Made by a program: the position numbers and the translations under genes. DNA of 64,000 nucleotides from contig CAWCYJ010000026.1 in the NCBI GenBank assembly GCA_963799725.1, forward strand, positions 5,120-69,119, given 5' to 3'. The DNA comes from an uncultured Pseudomonadota bacterium. GTDB taxonomy: Bacteria; Chloroflexota; UBA5177; JAJPKF01. Under the pieces are notes generated by a model. The model made no database searches. It saw only the letters and a program-made list of their open reading frames with translations, and was not told the DNA's origin. How positions within the stretch are numbered: position 1 is the first letter of the stretch; every line of letters starts with the position of its first letter. Shown one piece after another: positions 33,469-44,278 of this stretch.

Positions 33469-34896
33469 GTGAGCAGTACGACTTACTTGGAACCTGACGA
33501 CACGAAACTGCTTGGGCGAGTGAACGGAAGCATCGCGGGGAGCGGGGGAGAGGTTGCCTCGGAGAGATGGCCTGAGTCTGTCAGACGACTTCTGGCTGTG
33601 GCTCTGCTCTCGATCGCTGGAGCCACGCTGATCGCAACCATCGGCATCTGGCTTGATGGAGGCGGCGTCACTGGAGTCCACACCAATGCGGATGCTCTTA
33701 CCAGCGCAGGACGTCTGACAGGACTGCTGGCCAGTTATAGCCTGATGCTTGAGCTGCTGCTCATGGCCAGATTGCCATTCCTCGAGCTGGCTGCAGGTTG
33801 GGCTCGGACCTCCGCGTGGCACAAGCTGAACGGAAAGGTGTGCCTGGCATTGGTGGTCGCCCACGTCGCCCTGGTGATTACGGGGTATGCTCTTGCCTCC
33901 CGACTTTCGCTGAGGTCGGAAGCAGTTCAGATGGTGCAGGGACTTTATGGCATGCCGGCTGCAGTTTTCGGAACGGCAGCCTTGATATTGGTGGTTGTCA
34001 CGTCGCTTGTGATCGTTCGCAGTCGCCTTAGATACGAGATCTGGTATCTAGTCCACCTCCTGGCCTATGCGGCTGTGCTGCTGGCCTGGTTTCATCAGAT
34101 TCCGACGAGCACGCTATTCGTGAACAATGGTTTGGCCACAGCATTCTGGACCGCTCTCTACGTCGGCACGCTTCAGCTGGTTGTGCTCTTCCGGATTGGG
34201 CAGCCGCTATTTCGAGCCCTTTGGCATCAAATGAAAGTGACTGACGTAACGGAAGAGGGCCTGGGAGCCGTCTCTGTCCTCATTTCCGGTAAACATCTCG
34301 ATTGGCTCAATGCCCAGGCGGGTCAATTCTTTCTCTGGCGTTTCCTGGCGCCTGGGTTATGGACGGAGGCTCATCCCTTCTCCCTCTCCATGGCTCCCGA
34401 TGGAAGGTCCCTGCGGGTCACGGTTAAGGCCGTTGGAGACTATACTTCTCGCTTGCCCAGGGTTCGACCTGGTACCCGAGTTATAGCGGAAGGTCCATTT
34501 GGATCATTCACCACCGCAGCGCGACGGCGCGACCGAGTCGCGATGATCGCGGGCGGTATCGGTATCACGCCAATTCGCGCACTCTTGGAAGAGATTCAGG
34601 GGAAGGTGGTGATCATCTACCGGATTATCCGTGAGGAAGAGGCGTACCTCCGACACGAGCTTGACGAGCTCGCTGCGAGGAAGGGTGCCGTGATCCACTA
34701 CGTGGTTGGGGATCACCGCGATCCTAGGAATCGCCACCTCATGTCGGAAAAGCATCTCAGATCGCTCGTACCCGATCTCGCTCAGAGGGATGTCTACCTC
34801 TGCGGTCCCATCCCTATGATGGAAGCGGTGGAAGCGACCATCCGGACGATCGGAGTACCAACCCGGAACATCCACACCGACAGATTTGCACTCTAG
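33469..34896 (+). CDS. Ferric-reductase/NOX-like flavocytochrome (transmembrane heme domain + FAD + NAD(P)H domains)
   Basis: An N-terminal multi-TM region with spaced His residues is followed by the HPFS motif (EAHPFSLSMAP), GPFG and a Rossmann segment (MIAGGIGITP). Confidence 0.8.
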   Translation: MSSTTYLEPDDTKLLGRVNGSIAGSGGEVASERWPESVRRLLAVALLSIAGATLIATIGIWLDGGGVTGVHTNADALTSAGRLTGLLASYSLMLELLLMARLPFLELAAGWARTSAWHKLNGKVCLALVVAHVALVITGYALASRLSLRSEAVQMVQGLYGMPAAVFGTAALILVVVTSLVIVRSRLRYEIWYLVHLLAYAAVLLAWFHQIPTSTLFVNNGLATAFWTALYVGTLQLVVLFRIGQPLFRALWHQMKVTDVTEEGLGAVSVLISGKHLDWLNAQAGQFFLWRFLAPGLWTEAHPFSLSMAPDGRSLRVTVKAVGDYTSRLPRVRPGTRVIAEGPFGSFTTAARRRDRVAMIAGGIGITPIRALLEEIQGKVVIIYRIIREEEAYLRHELDELAARKGAVIHYVVGDHRDPRNRHLMSEKHLRSLVPDLAQRDVYLCGPIPMMEAVEATIRTIGVPTRNIHTDRFAL

Positions 34897-34907
34897 AGAG
34901 GACAGGT

Positions 34908-35489
34908 ATGGCAAAAGGTACCCCGCATCGCTATCTTCCGGCGCTCCTCATGAGCGCCATGGCGGCGATTCCTATAGTCACGGCGGGAGAGATACTTGCT
35001 CACATTGGTAAGTCTTCGTCTTTGGCTCCCATTCCCAGCTCAGGAAATGGGTCAACCAAGACCACTCCCAACCCGACCGCGCAACCAACGGCTGCACCGA
35101 AGGCGACACCACAGGCTACTAAGCCCTCGCCCACGCCAACGTCTGCGCCGAAACCTACCGCGACGGCGAAACCCACACCCACCGCAACCTCCAAGCCGTC
35201 GGGACGTTCCTCCATCAATGGGACGTTTCAGGGCGGGTCGTACACGGACATGTTTGGCTACCTAACTGCCAGTATCACCGTGCGCAGTGGACGTATTGTT
35301 CGAGTCTCAATTTCTGCTCCCATGGACAATCCTCGTTCCGCATCCATCAATTCTCAGGTTGTGCCCATTCTTCGCTCGGAGACGCTCAAGGCGCAGAGCA
35401 GCAATATTAATGGCATCAGTGGAGCGACCGCCACCAGCGAGGCATACTACTACTCGTTGACCGATGCGTTGAAGAAGGCAGGACTGTAG
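34908..35489 (+). CDS. FMN-binding domain protein, membrane-anchored with a PT-rich linker
   Basis: The C-terminal region ...INGISGATATSEAYYYSLTDAL carries the FMN_bind flavinylation-site context (SGAT). It is coupled 11 nt after the reductase. Confidence 0.75.
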   Translation: MAKGTPHRYLPALLMSAMAAIPIVTAGEILAHIGKSSSLAPIPSSGNGSTKTTPNPTAQPTAAPKATPQATKPSPTPTSAPKPTATAKPTPTATSKPSGRSSINGTFQGGSYTDMFGYLTASITVRSGRIVRVSISAPMDNPRSASINSQVVPILRSETLKAQSSNINGISGATATSEAYYYSLTDALKKAGL

Positions 35490-35675
35490 GAAAGGCTAAG
35501 TACGGTTGGGCGGTTCGCCGCCGCCGGCCCGGCACGGCACACCTGAGAGACTTGAACGCCTTGCGGGAGCAAGTACGGCGGCTGATTAGAAGCAGTCAAC
35601 AGCCAGCTGATCCGTGAATTCGGTCAATTCTGTTGCGGATCACAAACGACAGATGGGGTCAAAGAAGGGGTCCCC

Positions 35676-36182
35676 ATGCCAAAATGGCACATGACCTCCT
35701 CCCGTCTGGCCGATCACCGATCTATCAGTGACGAGGCAATACTTGGAGCACTTGCCGCAGCCGGACTTCGCAACACCAAGCCTCGACGGCTGATTGCACG
35801 ACGCCTCGCCGAGTATGCTGAGGACAAAACAGACTTCGGAACCGAGGAGCTGTGGCGCCAGCTCCAGTCGACTCAACCTCAGCTGGGTCGGGCCACCCTC
35901 TTTCGCTCCATTGAGATCTTGTCTGACCTAGGCATCCTCGACCGAATCGAGCTGGGAGATGGTGGTATCCGGTATCGCGTCTGCAGCAGTGGCCATCATC
36001 ACCATCTCATCTGCGACCGTTGCAGGGCTATCCAAGAAGTGGACATTTGCCTATCGGACGCTCAGCTAGCGGGCGTGGCGTCTGATGCCGGCTTCATGGT
36101 CGATCGTCACGTGTTGGAGGTCTACGGCTTATGCAGCAAGTGCAGTGGAGAGGCTGAAAGAGCTACTTCCACTTCCGTCTGA
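35676..36182 (+). CDS. Fur-family metalloregulator (Zur-like by context)
   Basis: Winged-helix N-terminal half (RNTKPRRLIARRL), a His cluster (SSGHHHHLIC), and two CxxC pairs (CDRC, CSKC). It is convergent with the metal ABC operon. Confidence 0.75.
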   Translation: MPKWHMTSSRLADHRSISDEAILGALAAAGLRNTKPRRLIARRLAEYAEDKTDFGTEELWRQLQSTQPQLGRATLFRSIEILSDLGILDRIELGDGGIRYRVCSSGHHHHLICDRCRAIQEVDICLSDAQLAGVASDAGFMVDRHVLEVYGLCSKCSGEAERATSTSV

Positions 36183-37053
36183 TCTGCCGGAGCTGCCCTA
36201 ACTGCCACTGAACAAAGCTGACATTTGCCGGCTGGGTTTCAGTCACTCCGACAATCGGTATGGCGGATGCCTCCGCCAACTGTCGCATTCTGACGGTTGT
36301 GGGATCGACGACCTGGCTGTTGTAGAAGAGCATCCGCACAGAGCGGGCCTTTAGGGTCGATTCGAATGCGGCCACAGACGAGGGCGGCGGATCGATACCC
36401 TCCATCGTCGCCTTCTGGAATGCGGAGTCCATGGACTTCGCCCCAAGCGCTTTCAACATGTATCCAAACACAGGTTCAGTGGCAATGACTTTAGATCCCC
36501 GCATGATTCGTCTGGTGGCTCGGATTGCCCGATAAACCGGTCGAAGGGACGTCAGCCAGACGGCCTCTCGATGCCGAAAGTAGGTCGCCTGAGAGGGGCG
36601 CAGGTGGATGAGGTCACGAGTGATCGCTCGCGCCTCCCGTGGCCAGCCCCACGAGGCGTACCAAATGTGGGGATTGTCCCCAGGCAGCCGCCCGAGATAC
36701 TTCCCAACGTTGAAGACGATGCGCCCCGAATCCGGCGAGGCGCCGACTAACTTATCGAGCCAGGAGTCGTAACCGATACCGTTCTCGATTATCAATCCGG
36801 CTGCAGCCACCGCTTCTGCTGATGATGCGCTTGCTTCAAATTCATGGGGATCGGTGTTTGGGTTCTTCAGTAGGCTGGTCACGGCGACCTCGTTGCCTCC
36901 CAAGTCCTTGGCCATGCCACCATACTGACTCTCCGCCGCCACTACAGCAATCTTTCCGTTGGCTGCAGTTGGCCCGCAACCCGTGAGCCCCACGATGACC
37001 GTCCCCATCATCATTACGGCGACGGCGAGTTCTCTAGTCACCTTGTACATCAA
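36163..37053 (-). CDS. Metal ABC transporter substrate-binding lipoprotein (ZnuA/TroA family)
   Basis: Lipobox LTGC and NPNTDPHEFE, the cluster-9 SBP signature. It is the last gene of the C-B-A operon. Confidence 0.8.
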   Translation of the reverse strand: MMYKVTRELAVAVMMMGTVIVGLTGCGPTAANGKIAVVAAESQYGGMAKDLGGNEVAVTSLLKNPNTDPHEFEASASSAEAVAAAGLIIENGIGYDSWLDKLVGASPDSGRIVFNVGKYLGRLPGDNPHIWYASWGWPREARAITRDLIHLRPSQATYFRHREAVWLTSLRPVYRAIRATRRIMRGSKVIATEPVFGYMLKALGAKSMDSAFQKATMEGIDPPPSSVAAFESTLKARSVRMLFYNSQVVDPTTVRMRQLAEASAIPIVGVTETQPANVSFVQWQLGQLRQIRRKWK

Positions 37054-37134
37054 TTTCTAATTTGGGAGACCGATATTCGATCTCCCTCTGGCCAGAGCCG
37101 GCTCTACGGCCGGGAGCCAGTTGATCCTCGTGTG

Positions 37135-38001
37135 TCAAGCTGCGTAGGGCTCGCTAGCATCTGCAACATCGACGACACGGTGAGATCGCGGCCCGATAAG
37201 CCCTCGCCAGGCAAGAAATCTTGCGAGAAGGTAAAGCACCACGGCGGTGCTGGCGATGAAGAAGCTGACCGAGTAGTTGGTATAGAACGCCATGATGAGT
37301 CCGAACCAGGTTTCGGCGACACCCAGAAGCATGGCAATCGCCACAGTCGTGAACACTCGCGCTGTGAGGTACATGGCCGTGGCAGGTGGTGCGACCAACA
37401 GGGCAAAGATCAGCAGGACACCCACAATCTGGACGGCTTCCGAAACCGCCAAGGCAAGTAGCAGGAGAAACACTCCAGAGAGTAAGCGGACAGGAACGCC
37501 GGCTGCTTCCGCGGCGGTTGGGTTTACAGACATGAAGAGGAGAGGGCGGAAGATGATCGCGAGTCCCACCATAACCACGAGGCCGATAACTGCGCTGATA
37601 GTCACGGAGGTGAGATCGATTCCCAGTATGGTCCCGAACAGGATGCTGAACGCCTCGCTTGCGTAGGCCGTATATAACTCGAGGAACAGGATTCCCAGAC
37701 CCAGAGCGAAGGCGAGAACAATTCCAATAGCCACGTCGCGGCCTTCCACCCGCTCTCCCAGGGTGCCCATGGCGATAGCGGCCCCAATCGTGAACACGAG
37801 GAGACCCCATATCGGGTCAACTCCAAACAATACGGCTCCAGCTGCTCCCGAGAATCCAACATGGGAGAGCGCATGACCGGCGAACGCTACCTGACGCAGC
37901 ACGACAAAGTATCCGACGCAAGCGGCTACAATGGCCACTATAGTCCCGGCCAGAAAGGCGTTTTGCATGAAGTCGTACTGCAGAAAGTCAGGAGTGGGCA
38001 C
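37135..38001 (-). CDS. Metal ABC transporter permease (ZnuB/TroC, ABC-3 family)
   Basis: The hydrophobic 288-aa part of ORF 37135-38685 begins at GTG 38001 (VPTPDFLQYDFMQNAFLAG...). The upstream 228 codons of the track ORF overlap the ATPase gene in another frame and are not hydrophobic. Confidence 0.8.
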   Translation of the reverse strand: MPTPDFLQYDFMQNAFLAGTIVAIVAACVGYFVVLRQVAFAGHALSHVGFSGAAGAVLFGVDPIWGLLVFTIGAAIAMGTLGERVEGRDVAIGIVLAFALGLGILFLELYTAYASEAFSILFGTILGIDLTSVTISAVIGLVVMVGLAIIFRPLLFMSVNPTAAEAAGVPVRLLSGVFLLLLALAVSEAVQIVGVLLIFALLVAPPATAMYLTARVFTTVAIAMLLGVAETWFGLIMAFYTNYSVSFFIASTAVVLYLLARFLAWRGLIGPRSHRVVDVADASEPYAA

Positions 38002-38854
38002 AGTGTTCCCCCTGATCCATTCCGGCGACGAGTACGTATCCCTCTGCTCGGATGACGTGAATCGGAAAGCCAAATAGTGCTGACAGTGTCGCGCTCGTGA
38101 TGACTTCGTCCGGAGAACCGATGACTCCTCGACCATCCGCCAGATACAGGACCCGATCCATGACTGGAAGAAGCGGGTTGACGTCGTGGGCGACAAAGAG
38201 CACGGCAATGTTCTGCTCCTTGCAAACACCAGAGACCAGCTCGACCACTTCACTTCGGCTTCGAAGATCCAGATTTGCCAGCGGTTCGTCCAGTAAAAGC
38301 ACAGCCGGCCGTCCAACCAGGGCCTGAGCAAGCATGAGTCGCTGCTGTTCTCCACCGGAGAGCTGTGAGACAGGAGCAAGGGCGTAGGGCAAAGCTCGCA
38401 CGTCCCGCAAGGCGTCGTCGACTCTGCGCCGCTTTTCGGCAGAAGATATCGGAAGACCGAAACGACTGCCGTCGATCCCGAGCGCGACCATATCGCGCGC
38501 AAGCAGAGGCATCGGTCCAGTGAAGGCCTGATGCTGAGGAACGTATCCGATCCGTGCATCCCCCCTTCCCACCGGCCTTCCAAAAATCGAAGCGGTGCCC
38601 ACATCGATCGGAATGAGTCCAAGAAGTGTTCGGAGGAGCGTGCTCTTGCCCGCGCCGTTGGGACCGATGCATCCGACGAACTCACCTGGCTCGATAGTGA
38701 GGCTTAGATCACGGAGGACGGTGCGCCCACCAAGTGAAACGGACAGGTGGGAGAGGTCGATGGCAGACCCAGTGGCTGAAGATGAATCAGCAGCCGCTCT
38801 CCGTGGGCCTTCTGAGGAGCGTGAAGAAACGGTTCTGGTTGCAGTTTCCCCCAT
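37988..38854 (-). CDS. Metal ABC transporter ATP-binding protein (ZnuC/TroB type)
   Basis: Walker A GPNGAGKST, signature LSGGEQQR and Walker B LLLDEP. It overlaps the permease start by 14 nt. Confidence 0.88.
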   Translation of the reverse strand: MGETATRTVSSRSSEGPRRAAADSSSATGSAIDLSHLSVSLGGRTVLRDLSLTIEPGEFVGCIGPNGAGKSTLLRTLLGLIPIDVGTASIFGRPVGRGDARIGYVPQHQAFTGPMPLLARDMVALGIDGSRFGLPISSAEKRRRVDDALRDVRALPYALAPVSQLSGGEQQRLMLAQALVGRPAVLLLDEPLANLDLRSRSEVVELVSGVCKEQNIAVLFVAHDVNPLLPVMDRVLYLADGRGVIGSPDEVITSATLSALFGFPIHVIRAEGYVLVAGMDQGEHCAHS

Positions 38855-38876
38855 GGCGCCTCCCTAAGCCCTGGCT

Positions 38877-38899
38877 TATTGATACCACATATCGAAAAG
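38877..38899 (-). promoter_or_regulatory. Candidate Fur/Zur box upstream of the metal ABC operon
   Basis: The AT-rich imperfect palindrome TTATTGATACCACATATCGAAAA (TTGATA ... TATCGAA) lies 23-45 nt upstream of the ATPase start. It is the only AT-rich dyad in this promoter region. Confidence 0.35.
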
Positions 38900-39113
38900 C
38901 CAATGGGATTGCCCCAGCACCATTAAGTACTGGATGCGGCGGATTCCGCTGAGGTCACCTGCAATTAGCTACAAGCGGCGACGTCCCGCAGCGCAGTCAG
39001 GCACAAACCTAGAAGACGACAGAGGCAATCCGGGAAGAAGCACAACTCGAGGGGCGCCAACGTCTTCTAATCGGCGCCCCTCGAGTTGGGTAAGTCGCGC
39101 CTGGGTAGGAAGC

Positions 39114-39872
39114 CTACTGGTTGATCTGAATAATCGCGAAAACGGCTCCCGCCGGGTCTTCGATGACTGCCATTGGGCCCATGGGAGTCGGCTGCGGACC
39201 CGCCAGAATCTTTCCGCCCAATTCCTTCGCTTTCTCAACCTTTTCGTCAGTGTCGGTCACCGTGAAGTACACCAACCAGTGAGGCGGGACTGACTCGGGC
39301 AGCATCTTCGTCATATCCATGCCACCGCCAATTGCCCGGCCGTCAACTTTGAAAAGGGTATAGGGCGTGCCCTCACCCATGTCGGTGTCTTCGCACTCCC
39401 ACTTGAACACCTTTTCGTAGAAGGCCTTTGCGGTAGGCATATCGCGTGTGTAAAGCTCGCTCCAGCTAAATGAGCCTGGCTCGTTAACCAGCTCGGCTCC
39501 CTGGTGCAGCTGCGGCTGCCAGATTGAGATGTAGGCTCCTGTTGGGTCTCGGAGGACTGCCACACGGCCCTGACCCATTACGTCCATCGGCCCCATCAAC
39601 ACCTCGCCGCCAGCTTCCTTGGTGGACTGAACCGTCTCGTCGGCATCCTGGGAATGCACATAGGTCGACCAAACTGGTGGCTGACCAGGAGCGAACATAG
39701 GGCTGGCGGCGCCCACCATCTTGCCGTTGAGCATGAACATGGTATACCCACCACCGTCAGGTACCTCCTCAGGGTTCCAGCCAAACAGTCCGCTGTAAAA
39801 AGCGCGAGTCTTGTCTAAATCGGGGCTCGCCACGTCGATCCACATCGGCACTCCAGGGGCATAGTCAGGCAT
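39114..39872 (-). CDS. Two-domain VOC (glyoxalase/bleomycin-resistance/dioxygenase) family protein
   Basis: Duplicated beta-alpha-beta-beta-beta modules: WIDVASPDLDKTRAFYSGLFGW... and WSELYTRDMPTAKAFYEKVFKW..., each followed by GG...GP..... G..A...DP.GA.F. Confidence 0.8.
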   Translation of the reverse strand: MPDYAPGVPMWIDVASPDLDKTRAFYSGLFGWNPEEVPDGGGYTMFMLNGKMVGAASPMFAPGQPPVWSTYVHSQDADETVQSTKEAGGEVLMGPMDVMGQGRVAVLRDPTGAYISIWQPQLHQGAELVNEPGSFSWSELYTRDMPTAKAFYEKVFKWECEDTDMGEGTPYTLFKVDGRAIGGGMDMTKMLPESVPPHWLVYFTVTDTDEKVEKAKELGGKILAGPQPTPMGPMAVIEDPAGAVFAIIQINQ

Positions 39873-40104
39873 AGTCGTCTCCTTGGTTGGAAGTTTCGGC
39901 TCAGCTACATGTCGTCATGTACTTTGCAATCAGAGGGTAACACGCTGAGCAGTCAAAAGGGGGAGTTCTCAAGAGAGGAGTAGCTCGCCTCTCGCTGGTG
40001 GGAGAATCGTGTCTTGTAACGGGCATCAGCGTGGGTTTCACTACTCCCGCAGAACCTCAACTTGCGAGTGACGCGACGATCCGGTCCCCGGCTTTTGGCC
40101 CTTG

Positions 40105-40524
40105 TCAGCTGATCCTTGTAAGTGCGACGACCGGGATAACACGCGAAGTCTTTTCTTGATACTCGCGAAATCCCGGATACAGTGATGCTTGCTCCTCATA
40201 GAAGCGATCCCGTTCTTCCCCTTGCAGCACACTGGCTTTCGCCTGGAACTTCTCCTCACCCACCTCGACGGTTGCCTCAGGGTTGGCGAGCAGGTTGTGG
40301 TACCAGGCTGGGTTCGTAGGGGCTCCAGCCTTGGAGGCGAAAACGAGAAGTCGATCGCCGTCTGCAAGATACATTACAGGGGTTGTATGCTTGCGTCCAG
40401 TTTTAGCTCCTGTCGAGGTCAGAAGAAGCACCGGCGCTCCCTCAAATGCCCCCCCAACCTTTCCCTTGTTTGCCCGAAACTCCTCGATGATTTTTCGATT
40501 CCAGTCGCTCGGATCTGTTGTCAT
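40105..40524 (-). CDS. Deazaflavin (F420)-dependent nitroreductase family protein (DUF385/Ddn-like)
   Basis: The start MTTDPSDWNRKIIEEFRAN is preceded by GAGAGGA. LLLTSTGAKTGRKHTTPVMY...GAPTNPAWYHNL are hallmark motifs of this family. Confidence 0.8.
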   Translation of the reverse strand: MTTDPSDWNRKIIEEFRANKGKVGGAFEGAPVLLLTSTGAKTGRKHTTPVMYLADGDRLLVFASKAGAPTNPAWYHNLLANPEATVEVGEEKFQAKASVLQGEERDRFYEEQASLYPGFREYQEKTSRVIPVVALTRIS

Positions 40525-40747
40525 TTCCTCTCTCCTCTCTTTACAAGAGTATCGGACTAGGGCCATCCATCCATTGAAGGAGGTCGCCTCCGTCAGCGTT
40601 GACCTCACGAGGGGATTGAATGGTCGTATTTTGGAACAAGACCCCGGTGTCGTGCCTCCTTAGCAACCCTAACCAAGGATGGATCCAGTTGAGCACAAGT
40701 CCAGAGAGCGTATTGCCCAATTCATCCCGGATCGAGACGCTGTGATG

Positions 40748-41170
40748 TCAATATCTGAGAACAAAGCTCTCGTGCTTAAGGCTCATGAGGCCTTTTTCAA
40801 AGGGGATGTTGAGTCGCTTGGTGCGCTCCTTGACCCTGAGTGCCTACTCCATCAGTGCGGTTTTCTCCAGCCTGTAAGGGGAGCCAAAGCAATCATCGAC
40901 CTTGCCGGAAGGGCTAATCGAGGTGTGCCGGAAGGGACGCACACCGTCGTCAATGCGATCGCAGAGCACGACCTCGTGGCGATTCAATCAAGGACGGTCG
41001 GGCTGCATACTCGAGATTGGTTTCGAGATGCAACGGGCCGAAGGCTTGTTTACGACACGATGACTCTTGTCCGTGTGCGGGAGGGACGCGTCGTAGAGAT
41101 CTGGAATATTCAAGACACGGCAACCGTGCTCTCGCAGCTCGACGCTTGGCCGGATTCCGTTCAACGGTAG
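40748..41170 (+). CDS. SnoaL-like / ester-cyclase family protein
   Basis: The start MSISENKALVLKAHEAFFKGDVESL and the ending ...RVREGRVVEIWNIQD fit the typical NTF2-like SnoaL pattern. Confidence 0.6.
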   Translation, partial: SISENKALVLKAHEAFFKGDVESLGALLDPECLLHQCGFLQPVRGAKAIIDLAGRANRGVPEGTHTVVNAIAEHDLVAIQSRTVGLHTRDWFRDATGRRLVYDTMTLVRVREGRVVEIWNIQDTATVLSQLDAWPDSVQR

Positions 41171-41229
41171 CCGGAAGACTGAACCCCGAGCGATTGACAT
41201 CACGTCGCGTGCATCGGTCATCAGACAGG

Positions 41230-42988
41230 ATGGAGACTTCGAGTGACAGCAACCCGGCTCCTCCAAGAGCCGTTATTCCGGCTGCAGGAGTAACTCTCCT
41301 TTACACTGCACTTGCCTTTCTCCTTTACCTTCCTGTTTGGAGCGCTACGCGGCCGGTCATTGCCGGACGTGGACACGATCCCAAGATGTTCGTTTGGTAC
41401 ATGGCCTGGACACCGTTTGCGGTCTCGCATCTCTATGATCCGCTGCTGACGAACTTCGTGGCGTATCCCCACCATGTGAATTTGATGTGGAACACGTCGA
41501 TTGTCCTGCCTTCGTTTCTGCTGTGGCCGGTCACGGCGGCATTTGGGCCGCTTCTCTCCCACAACTTGCTCATGATGCTAGCGCCTGCCCTCTCGGGTGG
41601 GTGCGCGTTTGCCGCCCTCCGGCGGTTTGCTTCCACCCTTGGGGCCGCGATTGGGGGGCTTGTCTACGGCTTCAGCCCACCACTGCTGAGTCAAGACTCA
41701 ATCCATGCGCAGATTGCAATTGCTGTCTTTCCGCCGTTGGTTCTTCTGCTGATTCACATCATCGTTTCAACCTCAAGAAGGAGAGCACGAATCCTAGCCG
41801 GGACCGCCTTGGGAATCGTGACCACTGCTCAGTTGTTGACCGGAACTGAGATGCTGGCGATTACAGCCGTGTCTGCCACGGTTGGAATGGTAATAGCGGC
41901 GATCCTGCAATCCACACGCGGCTTTGGGAGCAGTCCAACGTCTCGCGGTTGGTCTTGCAGCAGCCTTGGTTTCATTTGTAGTGACGGCTGCGGCTCCCAT
42001 TTCCATCTTGCTGTTTGGACCAGAACGAATCACTGGGCAAGCTCAGCCTACGAACGTTTACGTGCAGGATCTTTCGGGAATTGTCGTCCCCGGACCCTCC
42101 CAGATGCTCAGGCTGCCGGAGATGGCAAGCATCTACCAGCATTTCACCGGAAACCCAATTGAGAGCTCCGGCTATATCGGTTTACCCCTAATCGCTCTCG
42201 TCTTGGTCATCGTGATCTGTCTAATTCGAAATCGGCTGGTGCTTTGGGGTTTCCTCACGGGCGTTGCCCTAGTGGTACTTTCTCTTGGTCCCAGCCTTCA
42301 TATTGAGGGAACTCTCAAAGGGATTCCCTTACCCTGGGCACTGCTACAAACCGTTCCCAGCCTCGACAGTGTTTTGCCCGGCAGAATTACGATTGTGGCA
42401 TTTCTGTGCGTTTCATGCATTATGGCAGCGGGTGTCGATGCTCTGCCCAAAGTTCGCAGCCAGAGCGGTCGAGCTGCCGCCGTGGTCGGCATCGGCCTCG
42501 TTCTTATAAGCCTCGTTCCAAACTCAATGGCGACGATGACGCCGGTGATTCCGAAGTTCTTTATAAGCCGAGGTGTTCAAACCATCCGGCAGGGAAGCGT
42601 GGCTCTCGTGCTCCCGGCACGAGCGAGCGACACCATCATGCTGTGGCAAGCGGAGTCCGGAATTCGCTTCCGAACGCTTACCGGCCGCGTCCTGTTACCG
42701 TCTCCCAATGGTCGGGGCACGCCAGGTTGCGCACGCACCAACTCATGCCGGGCAACTCGAGCTCCCGACAACCCACTCCTGCGACGAATCACCTCCCTCA
42801 CCAATCCTCGATTCCGTTACTCCAGATCGTTCGCCAGACAGGTCGAATCTCAGCTGCGAACCTATGGAGTGCAGAGAGTCATTGCCGGCCCAGGATATTC
42901 CAGGACAAGGATGGGAGAGATTCTCGGACGAGATTCCTGGAAGGGTGTAAACAAGGGAGATGTTTACGTTTGGATCCGCCAGAAGTAG
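41230..42988 (+). pseudogene. Large polytopic membrane protein of unknown function (glycosyltransferase-C-like topology), frameshift at ~41,915-41,928
   Basis: METSSDSNPAPP... is followed by at least 10 hydrophobic helices across two overlapping ORFs (41017-42162, 41924-42988). The join reads ...AAILQSTR / LGAVQRLAVGLAAALVSF at a TTTGGG run. Confidence 0.55.
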
Positions 42989-43061
42989 CAGAGGCTGTCT
43001 AAACTCCGGCGGTGCCTTCTTCGACTCGGTTTTGTCACCACATCCCTTGTCGTTCGGGAGC

Positions 43062-44019
43062 TTAGTTAAGAGGCTGCAGCTGCCGTTCAATCTCCGCCCG
43101 CCGGGGCTCCAGGAACGGCGGGAGCGATAGACCGCTCTCCCAGGTGTGCTGGATCCTCATCACCGGTGAATCCGGGTCCATCCGTCGCTATCTCGTAGAG
43201 CACGCCGCCAGGCTCCCGGAAATAGATCGACCGGAAGTAGTAGCGGTCAATCACCTGGGTTACTCCCACCCCGAGTCGTTGCAGCCGATCATGCCACTCG
43301 ATGTGTTGCTCTTCATCGGCAACTCGGAAGGCCACATGGTGGACGCCGCCAATACCCTGTCGCGCCGGAGGGAGATCCGGCCTTGCTTCAAGATGGACCT
43401 CGGCGCCAAGTCCACCGGCTCCAGTTTCGAAGATGGCCGCAGTACGCGAAGGGTTGTCGGGAAAGGCGTACTCTCCGGTCCGCTTGAACCCGAGGGCGTG
43501 CTCCAGAAAGTGCGCGCTGACATCAAGAGAATCTACGACGAGGGTTACGGCACCCAGCCCTCGGATCGCTACCTCAGCCGGCACCGGACTCTCTGTCCAT
43601 GGTTCTACCTCATTACTGACGGCTCCTGCGATCAGCTCGAGGCGCTGACCCTCACCATCCACAAACGGGAGAACCTTCCTATCACCCCGCTGCTCGATCT
43701 GTCCGCAAGAAACGTCGAGGGACTCGAAGTGCTTGCTCCACCACTCCAGTGCTGATGGATCAGGGACCGCGAAACCAACGGCCGCCACCTCGCCCGTTCC
43801 TGACGTGTTCGCCCCAACGTTCGGCCAGTCGAAGAACGTCATCTCGGTTCCGGGATTCCCAACCTCGTCTCCGTAGAAGAGGTGGTAGCTCGACGTCACG
43901 TCTTGGTTGACCGTCTTCTTGACGAGACGCAGACCAAGGACAGTCGTGTAGAAGTCCAGGTTTTGTCGAGCGCGACCAGTAATAGCGGTTAGGTGGTGAA
44001 GACCTCCGAGATCGGGCAT
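43062..44019 (-). pseudogene. Ring-cleaving dioxygenase, VOC superfamily (MhqO/YfiE-like), 1-nt frameshift near 43,130-43,140
   Basis: The N-terminus GLHHLTAITGRARQNLDFYTTVLGLRLVKKTVNQD....YHLFYGD..G.PGT..TFF is characteristic. After ...HLGER the expected tail LSLPPFLEPRRAEIERQLQPLN* is readable one frame over, ending at 43062. Confidence 0.7.
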
Positions 44020-44278
44020 GAATGCGGCTCCGTTCGAATCACTCGTTCATCTGAGACTACCTGAGGCAATTGTTGAGCCAACACTCGTCTCTGGTGAGGG
44101 CTGGCCGACACAGCGCTCATGTCCGGCCCCTTCGTCGTCTCCTGTCTCGTGAGATTAGTACGTACCGGTGCTGCCTGAGCTGTCACTAATCTGAAACGAT
44201 CCTCGAGACTCGATTCGACCGCCTTGGGCATATGTCACAGTGAAAGTCCCGGTCGTTATGTGGTGAGCTCGAAGCTGC

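Noticed and set aside
37135-38685. 516-aa ORF suggesting a very large permease.
   Set aside because: Only the C-terminal 288 codons are hydrophobic and ZnuB-like. The upstream part overlaps the well-supported ABC ATPase gene in another frame. The start was reassigned to GTG 38001.
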